A stretch of DNA of 64,000 nt from IMG/VR virus record IMGVR_UViG_3300042397_001782, positions 32,001 through 96,000 of that record. One strand, 5' to 3'. The notes below the pieces were generated by a model that was not told where the DNA came from, ran no database searches, and saw only the letters and a list, made by a program, of their open reading frames with translations. Made by a program: the position numbers and the translations under genes. This DNA is from a virus. Shown here in pieces: positions 28,601-37,190 of this stretch (position 1 is the stretch's first letter; every line of letters starts with the position of its first letter).

Positions 28601-29122
28601 ATGTACGAGAAGGTAATTAAATTAAAACATAACGAAAGGGCTGCTAAGATAGACTTAGACACTGGAGAAGTGGCAGAAGTGGCAGTGCATAATAGGGAAA
28701 AAAAGCAGCCAAAGGACCCTTCTATGAATTTCTTTATCAGTACTGAGAGTTATTCTAGATTTTTTACAAAGGCTTGGCAATTATTAGAGACTCAAACCAC
28801 TGATACAGAGTTTAAAGTGGCTTATAAGATGTCTATGATGGCTCATGCCTATACAAATAGTTTAGAACCATTAAGACCAGAGAGTACAATGAAGGAATTA
28901 TCGGAGTTTTTCAATGTTGATAGGAGAAAAATACAGAATATAATTGAAAAATTATTTAAATTAGGGGTGATAGGAAAGTTTCAGGTGTATGATAGGTTTG
29001 AAAATCATCATAACTACTGGGTATTCAACCCTTATTTGTCTTTTAATGGAAAAATAATTAAAAAAGACGTACAAAGTTTATTTAATAACACGCACTATGC
29101 GGCACTATCCCCTATTTTATAA
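28601..29122 (+). CDS. RepL-like winged-helix replication/DNA-binding protein
   Basis: IDLDTGEV N-terminus, HTH (TMKELSEFFNVDRRKIQNIIEKL..LGVI), YWVFNPYLSFNG. Confidence 0.6.
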   Translation: MYEKVIKLKHNERAAKIDLDTGEVAEVAVHNREKKQPKDPSMNFFISTESYSRFFTKAWQLLETQTTDTEFKVAYKMSMMAHAYTNSLEPLRPESTMKELSEFFNVDRRKIQNIIEKLFKLGVIGKFQVYDRFENHHNYWVFNPYLSFNGKIIKKDVQSLFNNTHYAALSPIL

Positions 29123-29138
29123 ATAAATTAACATAACA

Positions 29139-29462
29139 ATGAGTGTAAGAGTTATCTGTATTGACGAAAAGAATAAGCCAAAGGAAATCCCAGCAAGTAA
29201 ATGGGTGAAAGAACAAGAACTCTATCATATTCTAATGATATTCTATTCCATTCCCTCTAAAACAATGGCATACACTTTGGAAGAAATAGATCTTGACGAA
29301 TCCTGTGCTCCTTATGGAGTATTTGATGCTAAAAGATTTGCCATACATCAGGATGATTTAGAGGAATTTATAGAACTTGCTAAAAATTGCACAGAGTTAA
29401 ATGATATTGAGATAAAGGAATTAATTGAACAAGAAGAATTTGAAATAATAGAAAATGAATAA
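29139..29462 (+). CDS. Hypothetical protein
   Basis: Co-oriented ORF. Confidence 0.7.
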   Translation: MSVRVICIDEKNKPKEIPASKWVKEQELYHILMIFYSIPSKTMAYTLEEIDLDESCAPYGVFDAKRFAIHQDDLEEFIELAKNCTELNDIEIKELIEQEEFEIIENE

Positions 29463-29634
29463 CATAGCATATTGTATAGGGGGTATTCTCATTATATTGA
29501 AGGCATTAGGATATATACAAGATTTGTCTTGGTGGTGGTGTACGTTTCCTTTTTGGATAGAAATAGTTTCTATAATTGTTGTTGTGGGAGTTATTAATGT
29601 AATGGGAATATTAAAAGAATTTTTTAATTCATAA
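29455..29634 (+). CDS. Small membrane protein (59 aa)
   Basis: Manual translation ...LKALGYIQDLSWWWCTFPFW... Confidence 0.65.
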   Translation: MNNIAYCIGGILIILKALGYIQDLSWWWCTFPFWIEIVSIIVVVGVINVMGILKEFFNS

Positions 29635-29638
29635 GGAC

Positions 29639-29866
29639 ATGGAGTTTGAGATAGATTTCAATAGACACAATAATGATAGATTTCTAATTGATAGATTAGG
29701 TGCTTGGGTGGATAGATATGATGATTTTGACGCTATTAAGATAGAAATAAAAGACTTAGAGGAATTAGAAATGCTTTTAGCAAAAGTAAATCACTGTTTA
29801 GGAGGGGAGTATTCTGCAATAGTTTCTTTCGATCCTCCCGCTATATTCTTAGATGACAAAGTTTAA
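29639..29866 (+). CDS. Hypothetical protein
   Basis: Packed ORF. Confidence 0.65.
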   Translation: MEFEIDFNRHNNDRFLIDRLGAWVDRYDDFDAIKIEIKDLEELEMLLAKVNHCLGGEYSAIVSFDPPAIFLDDKV

Positions 29867-29890
29867 TCATTAAAATTAAAATATAAAAAA

Positions 29891-30079
29891 ATGGCAGAAA
29901 TAATTATTACAGACTTACAAGGAAATAAACAAACTATATCTTTTCCTGAAAAATTTAATATAGAGGTGGGGGAGTATAAAACCACAGATGTCATCTCTAG
30001 GGAAACTTTTATTAGGAAGATTCAAGATTTAGTGTCTTTTTCTAACTTTTTAAATGAAAAAACTGTTTTTAAGGAGTGA
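29891..30079 (+). CDS. Hypothetical protein
   Basis: Packed ORF. Confidence 0.6.
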   Translation: MAEIIITDLQGNKQTISFPEKFNIEVGEYKTTDVISRETFIRKIQDLVSFSNFLNEKTVFKE

Positions 30080-30126
30080 TGGAACTTTTTTAAAATAATA
30101 ATTGTTAAATAAAAAACACATACAAA

Positions 30127-30543
30127 ATGGGAGTATATAAACAAAGTATAAAAAAAGGCAAGAAAGAGTGCTTTATAGAAAGGGCTAGAGTATTACTAGC
30201 CACTAGAGGGCTATTACTTTCTGACAAGACCCTAGAGGTTTTATATTGGGTATTGTATTATAAAATAGACTACCCTGCATTAGATGCTAATAATGTGGGA
30301 AAATTTAAGAATATGAATCAAATGCATGTAGTGATTGCAAAGCACATGCAAGTATTTTCTTCTTATATTGGGGCTTATATAAATGATAGAATCATTCCTT
30401 TTAAGATTTTAAAGAAGACAGTTTCAATACCAGCAGATAGATTCTCTAAACCTAGGGTATTGGATTATGAAATACCTCAATGGCTAGAAAAAATGTACAA
30501 AGATAAAGAATTTAAATTAGATATAAATTTTATATATGAATAA
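30127..30543 (+). CDS. Hypothetical protein
   Basis: Packed ORF. Confidence 0.65.
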   Translation: MGVYKQSIKKGKKECFIERARVLLATRGLLLSDKTLEVLYWVLYYKIDYPALDANNVGKFKNMNQMHVVIAKHMQVFSSYIGAYINDRIIPFKILKKTVSIPADRFSKPRVLDYEIPQWLEKMYKDKEFKLDINFIYE

Positions 30544-30727
30544 GAGCATTGTACAGATAATAAAAGAAATGAACTCTCCATATAGAAAGCTTATGATAAT
30601 GGATAATGCCACCTATGACATGCTTAAAAGAGAGCTAGGTATGGAATACTATGAGGAGCTAGTAAAATATAAAAACCTCACAATAGCTATAAGCTTAGAC
30701 GATAACTTAAAATTAATGTTAGTATGA
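30536..30727 (+). CDS. Hypothetical protein
   Basis: Overlaps both neighbours. Confidence 0.6.
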   Translation: MNKSIVQIIKEMNSPYRKLMIMDNATYDMLKRELGMEYYEELVKYKNLTIAISLDDNLKLMLV

Positions 30728-30918
30728 TGGTGATATTGGCTGTAAAATTACTTTTAATCTTAACTTTTCTGCTCACCATGGCAGCTTTAAATATATTTTT
30801 TAAGGTAGAAGAAGACTGTGATTTTAATATAATGATTAAAAGAATAGCCAGAGACTTTTTAATTATATTGGTGCTATTTTGTTTCATATCCACCTTAGTG
30901 ATTGCAAATGTCCAATAG
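30724..30918 (+). CDS. Two-TM small membrane protein
   Basis: Two hydrophobic segments. Confidence 0.55.
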   Translation: MMVILAVKLLLILTFLLTMAALNIFFKVEEDCDFNIMIKRIARDFLIILVLFCFISTLVIANVQ

Positions 30919-31189
30919 TATATTTGAGGAAGTTTCTAGTAATCTTGGGGATGTTTCCCCCGAAATGGTGGAAATCATTTATAAGGATTATGTAAAAACG
31001 CTTTCAAAGGAAATGTCAAAGTCTCCAGATAGGGAGATGTATTTGCCTAAGTTTGGTAAAATAGCTCCAAGCATTATAAAGATAAAGAAAAGGCTTAGGA
31101 TGTTCTTTAAGTTGAGGCATGTAGAAAAAACACAAAAAATGATAAATACAATTAGATCATTAAGAAATAATAAAAATAAAAGAAAATAA
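30908..31189 (+). CDS. IHF/HU-like DNA-binding protein
   Basis: Helical N-terminus then EMYLPKFGKI (HU-like LxxFG); basic. Confidence 0.5.
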   Translation: MSNSIFEEVSSNLGDVSPEMVEIIYKDYVKTLSKEMSKSPDREMYLPKFGKIAPSIIKIKKRLRMFFKLRHVEKTQKMINTIRSLRNNKNKRK

Positions 31190-31243
31190 AAATTATTTTC
31201 GTATATTTGTAAAAATTTTAAAACACACAAAACAATCAAAATT

Positions 31244-31672
31244 ATGACAATTAAAGAATTCAAAGAACAACCAATTCCAGATTTTGGATTTGAAATCAAA
31301 AGAGAAAATCACATTTTAGTACAATGTTACGCTAAAAAAAGTGCATTGGCTTCTCAGCTAGTGGGTATGGACAACCGTAAAACCACTGAAATTAAAAATG
31401 CTTTTAAAGTATTGATGGCTAATGGTTCTAAAACCTTTAAAGAAGGAGATATTATTTCTCTTGGAGATAATATGGTGGATAAACCAATTGTAAGCTATAA
31501 GCCACCTGTAGGAGGAGATCCTGAGGGAGAAGCTAGACCAGTATTCGGCTCCTATCTACAAGGACTAATGCCATTTGCATTCTTCTGTAATAAGTTAGAA
31601 GACGCAGACGATGCTTTAGAGCTTACATTTTTAATACCAGAGGATCTTGTCACCGTAAAACATAATATATAA
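31244..31672 (+). CDS. Hypothetical protein
   Basis: TAnnTTTG at 31202-31209 upstream. Confidence 0.7.
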   Translation: MTIKEFKEQPIPDFGFEIKRENHILVQCYAKKSALASQLVGMDNRKTTEIKNAFKVLMANGSKTFKEGDIISLGDNMVDKPIVSYKPPVGGDPEGEARPVFGSYLQGLMPFAFFCNKLEDADDALELTFLIPEDLVTVKHNI

Positions 31673-31673
31673 A

Positions 31674-31928
31674 ATGGAAAAAAATATCAATAAGAAAAAA
31701 ACACCCGCTTCTCCTAAGAAGAAATCGTCTAGAGTGACTAAAAAAGAAGAGACCTCTTTGTTAGAGAGCAATAAGATAGAGGATAGTATTATAAATGAAA
31801 CTCCAATTGTTTATAATACCCCAAAATGCACTGTTCCTTCTTCAGATATTCTTGGAATAAAGTCATTTACGGAGTCTTTACGATACAAAATTGTAAATTT
31901 TATAAAACTATTACTAACCTATAAATAA
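31674..31928 (+). CDS. Hypothetical protein
   Basis: Packed ORF. Confidence 0.6.
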   Translation: MEKNINKKKTPASPKKKSSRVTKKEETSLLESNKIEDSIINETPIVYNTPKCTVPSSDILGIKSFTESLRYKIVNFIKLLLTYK

Positions 31929-31933
31929 AAAAA

Positions 31934-32254
31934 ATGAAACCAATGATGATGATGAACAACAAAAAGAAAATTCTTTCATTAACAAAAGAGACTAATTCAG
32001 AGAAAGAAACTTATGCCCTTAAAAAAAGAACTGAGAAAGAAGAAGTTACAAAAACTTTAGAAAAAATCAGCAACGGATGGCTTTTAACAGTGGATAAATA
32101 TTCTTTAGATGGAGGAGATGAGTATTCTTGCATTAAAAAGTATTTTGAAAAAAACCCTTTAGAAATGGAAGAAGAAGAGGATAAAGAAGAGGAAGAAGTT
32201 GGAAAAATGGCAGGAGAAGGGTTTATGGAAAATTGGGATGTTTTAAGCCTATAA
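31934..32254 (+). CDS. Hypothetical acidic protein
   Basis: EKISNGWLLTV; Glu-rich tail. Confidence 0.65.
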   Translation: MKPMMMMNNKKKILSLTKETNSEKETYALKKRTEKEEVTKTLEKISNGWLLTVDKYSLDGGDEYSCIKKYFEKNPLEMEEEEDKEEEEVGKMAGEGFMENWDVLSL

Positions 32255-32266
32255 ATAATTTTCAAT

Positions 32267-32572
32267 ATGTTTGCCAATCCAAATGCAGCTAATCCTGCAA
32301 AGATTAATTTTAAGAATGTAAAAAACTTCCTCTCTGCACAAGTCAGGGAGGCAGGTTTTTTGCCTGAATGTGAAAAAGAACAAGTGCTCTGGAGAGCAGA
32401 AGTGGCTAAAGAATGCACTGTAAATGGTAGCTGCTTAGAATGTGGGTGTGAAACCCCCGACCTATATTACGGTACAGATGGGTGTAAGAGAAAGGAAAAT
32501 CCTTGCTTCCCTGATATGATGGGAGAAGAGGAGTGGGAGAAGTTTAAATTAGAAAACAATATAAATTTTTAA
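32267..32572 (+). CDS. Cys-rich putative metal-binding protein
   Basis: C....C..CGC.TP......C.....CFPDM. Confidence 0.65.
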   Translation: MFANPNAANPAKINFKNVKNFLSAQVREAGFLPECEKEQVLWRAEVAKECTVNGSCLECGCETPDLYYGTDGCKRKENPCFPDMMGEEEWEKFKLENNINF

Positions 32573-32576
32573 TAAA

Positions 32577-32906
32577 ATGACAGATAATATCAACCCAAAC
32601 TTAAAGCTCACCACAGTGGTATTTGAACCAGACGTAGTATTGGTTACAGGTAGAAGAAATGACACTGTAAGCGGAAAAGCATTAGTAAAAAACATAGGGA
32701 ATGAAACCTTTGTATGCCAAAGTGTTTCTAAAAGTTGTGGGTGTACCACTCCTTCAGGAATCAATACAGGAACTATTATAGAGCCAGGAGAAAGCAATGA
32801 GTTAAATTTTAGTATTCAACTAGGCACTCCTTCAGATAAGTTCATTTATGTCCATGGTAATGCCACCGCAATATCTCTTAGAATCACAAAAAACATTATT
32901 TCTTAA
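32577..32906 (+). CDS. DUF1573-like Ig-fold protein
   Basis: VKNIGN...VSKSCGCTTP...IEPGES. Confidence 0.7.
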   Translation: MTDNINPNLKLTTVVFEPDVVLVTGRRNDTVSGKALVKNIGNETFVCQSVSKSCGCTTPSGINTGTIIEPGESNELNFSIQLGTPSDKFIYVHGNATAISLRITKNIIS

Positions 32907-32915
32907 ACTTTTATT

Positions 32916-33428
32916 ATGGAACTAATTGTAGATAATAAAAGATTAACTTATATTTTTCATAATGATTTTGAGTTATCAGCAATTAATGATGCCTTAACAT
33001 TTTTAAATAATAATGATTTACCTATTAATTTTTTCATTAACACTCCTGGAGGTTATACAAGTTTTGTACATCCTTTATCTAAAGCTATTGAGGATTATGA
33101 GGATATAGTTCTCTACCCTATTGAGGAATGCTCAAGTGCAGGATTTTTCTTATTAATGAACACTACCGCTCCAATTTGTTTTTTAGATAAATCAATGAGG
33201 GCTATTGTTCATTTTCCAAGAATAGATTGTTTAGTGGACCTTAATGAAACTCCTATTTATGATAAAAAAGAATTAAAACTTAGATCATTGAATAATAAAT
33301 TTAAAGACCTTTTGTTAAAACTACCCTTAGAGCAAAAGCAACTAAAAAAACTATTAAAAGGAGAAGACATAACCCTATATTATAATGATTTATTAGAGAT
33401 TTTTAAAGATAGAATAATACATGAGTAA
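32916..33428 (+). CDS. ClpP-like protease
   Basis: FFINTPGG, CSSAG (catalytic Ser region), IVH. Confidence 0.7.
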   Translation: MELIVDNKRLTYIFHNDFELSAINDALTFLNNNDLPINFFINTPGGYTSFVHPLSKAIEDYEDIVLYPIEECSSAGFFLLMNTTAPICFLDKSMRAIVHFPRIDCLVDLNETPIYDKKELKLRSLNNKFKDLLLKLPLEQKQLKKLLKGEDITLYYNDLLEIFKDRIIHE

Positions 33429-33834
33429 CCATAATAATCATTTTGAAATTAGAAAAAGTAAAAGACTAAAACAAGTACATTCTACAAGGGATTTCTTTAC
33501 TGGCGAGACTATTCTTTTTATATGTTGCGAAGAATCAAAGATACCTACTCAACACACAATACAATTAGACGTAAATTACCATGTGCTAGACCCTATTGTA
33601 AAATACATTAAGCATTCCTTTGACCCCAACGTAAGAGTAGAGGGACATTCTTTAGTAGCCACTAGGAGAATAAGAGAGGGGGAGGAGATTAAGAGAAACT
33701 ATTACGAAACTGAGGAAATTATTGTAAAAGAGTTTACAGATAAGGAAACAGGAGAAAAGGTAAACACAAAGAATCTCTATTTATTTAATAATAAAAACAC
33801 AGACGATGGATTATTATTTAATGCAGAATTTTGA
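33421..33834 (+). CDS. SET-domain protein (putative lysine methyltransferase)
   Basis: STRDFFTGETI, YIKHSFDPNV, ATRRIREGEEIKRNY. Confidence 0.75.
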   Translation: MSNHNNHFEIRKSKRLKQVHSTRDFFTGETILFICCEESKIPTQHTIQLDVNYHVLDPIVKYIKHSFDPNVRVEGHSLVATRRIREGEEIKRNYYETEEIIVKEFTDKETGEKVNTKNLYLFNNKNTDDGLLFNAEF

Positions 33835-34357
33835 TTATGAGGTTAATAGAATTTTATTTTGGGAAGTGAATCCTGAATTTAAATTTACAGAACCTTTTGA
33901 TAATTTTTATAATTCTTCAGAGAACAAGGACTACACTTCAGAAGTAATGTGGGCCATATATCTTTTTTGTGATATAAAGTCTCCAAAGATTAGACTTAGA
34001 AAAGATGAAAGAGCAGAAGACATTAAAAAATACTTTTTAAAAGAAGATTCTTTTGATTTTGACCATCACGAAGACTTGATAGATGCCTATCCAAAGGTAG
34101 TGATGACAAAGATACAAAGAGAGTTGAAGGTATGGCAGGATAAGATAGAGGAGAGAAATAAGTTTCTAGAAACCCTTTCTTATAGCTTAGATACCTTTGA
34201 AGCCCTTGATAAGATGATGAAAGACTCCAAGCTTATCTGGGAATCTTTTGGAAAGGTTTACAAGGAATACCAAGATGAGAACATTGAAACTAGGGCTAGA
34301 GGAGGAAGAGAAGAATCTTTCACTGAGAAATTAGTAAGCAAAGCAAGCAAAAAATAA
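33806..34357 (+). CDS. Conserved hypothetical protein (possible small terminase)
   Basis: Helical protein ending RARGG upstream of TerL; function inferred from position only. Confidence 0.45.
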   Translation: MDYYLMQNFDYEVNRILFWEVNPEFKFTEPFDNFYNSSENKDYTSEVMWAIYLFCDIKSPKIRLRKDERAEDIKKYFLKEDSFDFDHHEDLIDAYPKVVMTKIQRELKVWQDKIEERNKFLETLSYSLDTFEALDKMMKDSKLIWESFGKVYKEYQDENIETRARGGREESFTEKLVSKASKK

Positions 34358-34396
34358 ACAACACACACAAAACAATAATTTATAAAACTAAAAAGT

Positions 34397-34591
34397 ATGT
34401 ACCCAGTAAATAAACCAAATATTTATAATCAGCCAAAACCAGGAGAAAGATTTTCTTTAAAAGAAGGGAGATATTTTTGGTATTCAAGTATTATGAAAAC
34501 GTATAATAAAGCCCAACAAGCTGCTTGGCAGAAAGAAATGGAAGAAAAAACCAAGCAAGACCCTCAAACAACAGATGATAATATTAATTGA
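34397..34591 (+). CDS. Hypothetical protein
   Basis: Packed ORF. Confidence 0.55.
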   Translation: MYPVNKPNIYNQPKPGERFSLKEGRYFWYSSIMKTYNKAQQAAWQKEMEEKTKQDPQTTDDNIN

Positions 34592-34832
34592 TACGGAAGA
34601 TAAAGTAATTGAAGTAGAAGGTGTTGATAACGCAAAAGAAACAAAAAAAATTATTAGAGAAACTCTAAAAAATTTTGATGATTTTGAGCACATTATAACT
34701 CCATCTATAGAAATTAAAATTATTCCTATAAATACAGATTTTATAATGAATAATTTTTTTAAAAATTTTACTAACCTATCTGGTGACAAAAAAAATAGTT
34801 TAGACATAAAACCTGGTCCGCCAAAACAATGA
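34575..34832 (+). CDS. Hypothetical protein
   Basis: Overlaps the TerL start (ATGA). Confidence 0.6.
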   Translation: MIILIDTEDKVIEVEGVDNAKETKKIIRETLKNFDDFEHIITPSIEIKIIPINTDFIMNNFFKNFTNLSGDKKNSLDIKPGPPKQ

Positions 34833-37132
34833 TTATAGATACTTCTTATATTTTTCCAAAAATATATGACAATACTCCTTTTATTAAAAACCACCCTGTT
34901 TTACACCCTCATAGTACAGCTTATTCTGAATATTGGACTAAAGAACTTGAGGAATTTATTTTAGGGATGTGGAGAGAGGAACAAACTCCTGAAGGACTGC
35001 GTTGGAGGTACATGAACCCTCAATTAAACTACTTTGCCAACTATCACACCATCACTATTCAAGATGGTAAGCAACGTATTAAATCTAGACCTAGCCTATT
35101 GGATATAAATTGGACAATTTTAAATTGTTGGTTTATTTGTAGAGGCTTTAGCGGGTTTGATGAGGATGATGAATACACCTGTAATTGGACTGCAAAGTTA
35201 AAGCAAGATAAATTGTTAAACAATAGTCTTCCTGATATTCCTCTTAAATTTTTAAATAACCTCACTGATAATTGTTATAAGAAAGATGGCACGTTAAAGA
35301 CTTATGTAGATCCTTTAGAATATCTTAATGGTACCCATGAAAAACCTCTTGGTAATCCTTTTTATGAGAATAACGCATTGAACCTCTTTGTGTTAGGGTC
35401 TAGGTCTGGAGGAAAAAGCTTTATGGCATCAGCGTTAATGGAACATGAGTGGTTATCAGATGGGGCAAAGACTGTGGAGGATTATCTATCAGGTAGGAAT
35501 AAAGTGGAAATATTTTGCGGGTCAGCCAGTTCAGGAAAATCTTCTCAGCTTTTAGATAAATTCTCAAACTCTTTAAAGAATCTTCCTGGGGAGTATTTTG
35601 ACAGGGATTATTTTCCTTCTCCTTTTAGTAGGACTTTTTCAGGAACATTGAAGGTAGGTAACTCTAAAAATCCTTATAGGTTTGAGTATGAGAAAAAGAT
35701 AGGAAATTCTCTAGTAAAAGAAGGTACAGGGTCCTTGTTGATACATGAAACGTATAAAGACAATAAGCAAGCAGCCGTTGGGGGTCGTTACAATGTCCTA
35801 GTGGTAGAAGAGGTGGGTTTGGAAGATAAGATTCTCACCGTACATGGAGCGAATGAGTCTACACAGGATATGGGGGCAGGTAAGTTTGGATCTTCCTTAT
35901 ATTTAGGAACAGGCGGGGATATGGATAAAGTTATTGAGTCTGAGATTATATTCAGAGACCCTGAAGCTTATGATTTTCTAGGATTTAAAGATATTTATGA
36001 AGGAAGAGGAACTATAGGCTTCTTTCTTCCAGCTATTTACACCAATTTAGCATATAAAGATGAAAATGGTAATACGGATGTAGACACCTCTCTTAAATTT
36101 GAGATGGAAAGACGTGAAGAAAAGAAGCAAGCTAATAATACTTCTGCTTATGATGAGTATATTATGTCTAGGCCAATTAAGCCTTCTGAAATGTTTCTCT
36201 CAAAAACAGGTAATAAATTCCCTATCGTTATGCTCAGAGAACAACAAGCTTCCAATGATAGATACCAGTTTAAAAAACATTTAAGAACATTGGGAAACCT
36301 TGTTGAAGACCCTGATTTTATTACAGGTGTTAAATTTAAACCTAACTTTGATTTAAGACCTATAGATAGATTTCCACATGATTCTAAGTCAGATTTAAAA
36401 AGTGCTTGGGAATTTTATGAGCACCCTCCAGTGGGAATTATACCCCCTAATTTATTTAAAATTGTATATGACCCTATTAGAGATGAAGGCGGAGGTACCT
36501 CATTAGCAGCAATTTACGTTTACAAGTCTAATAATACCTTAGACAATAACGGTAATGAAATTGTGGCTTGGTGGGTAGGAAGATATGATATGCCTGAAGA
36601 AATACATTTAAATTGTGTATTGGCTGCTAAATACTTTAATGCTCAAGTGATGTTTGAGAATAACATTATTGACTTTAAGAATTATTGTATGCGTACAGGA
36701 AACTACCATATACTTGCCTCCACCCCAAAACAAATAATTGAGAAAGCTATAAAAGACCCCACATTAAAGTATGATGTGGGAATTCCAATGACAAACCCTT
36801 TGAAGCAATATGCTTTAAGATTGGCACAACAATGGTTGTTGGAGGAGAAGAAAAAATATGCAGAAGAGCTAGAGGATGGGACAAAGAGAGAAATAGTGGT
36901 GAGAAACTTAAACACTATTAAAGATGATTTGCTATTAGAAGAACTTGTACAATTCAACGATAAGGGAAACTTTGACCGTGTGTCTGCTTTCCTGTTATTA
37001 ATGCTTTGGCTAGAGCAAGATAAAGAAATGGTTATAAAAGAGTCTGAAGACATAGTGAAAAAAACTTCAAATGATTTTTATAAAGACTTATATAATAACC
37101 AGTTAAAAAACACTAATTTACTGAAATATTAA
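34829..37132 (+). CDS. terL: Terminase large subunit (crAss-like)
   Basis: Walker A GSRSGGKS, Walker B VVEEVG, GTGG, nuclease YDP, FENN and NFDRVSAF. Confidence 0.92.
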   Translation: MIIDTSYIFPKIYDNTPFIKNHPVLHPHSTAYSEYWTKELEEFILGMWREEQTPEGLRWRYMNPQLNYFANYHTITIQDGKQRIKSRPSLLDINWTILNCWFICRGFSGFDEDDEYTCNWTAKLKQDKLLNNSLPDIPLKFLNNLTDNCYKKDGTLKTYVDPLEYLNGTHEKPLGNPFYENNALNLFVLGSRSGGKSFMASALMEHEWLSDGAKTVEDYLSGRNKVEIFCGSASSGKSSQLLDKFSNSLKNLPGEYFDRDYFPSPFSRTFSGTLKVGNSKNPYRFEYEKKIGNSLVKEGTGSLLIHETYKDNKQAAVGGRYNVLVVEEVGLEDKILTVHGANESTQDMGAGKFGSSLYLGTGGDMDKVIESEIIFRDPEAYDFLGFKDIYEGRGTIGFFLPAIYTNLAYKDENGNTDVDTSLKFEMERREEKKQANNTSAYDEYIMSRPIKPSEMFLSKTGNKFPIVMLREQQASNDRYQFKKHLRTLGNLVEDPDFITGVKFKPNFDLRPIDRFPHDSKSDLKSAWEFYEHPPVGIIPPNLFKIVYDPIRDEGGGTSLAAIYVYKSNNTLDNNGNEIVAWWVGRYDMPEEIHLNCVLAAKYFNAQVMFENNIIDFKNYCMRTGNYHILASTPKQIIEKAIKDPTLKYDVGIPMTNPLKQYALRLAQQWLLEEKKKYAEELEDGTKREIVVRNLNTIKDDLLLEELVQFNDKGNFDRVSAFLLLMLWLEQDKEMVIKESEDIVKKTSNDFYKDLYNNQLKNTNLLKY

Positions 37133-37190
37133 AATAAATTTTATAAAAAAATAATTTTTAATTAATTTTGTTTTTTTAAATAAACTAAAA

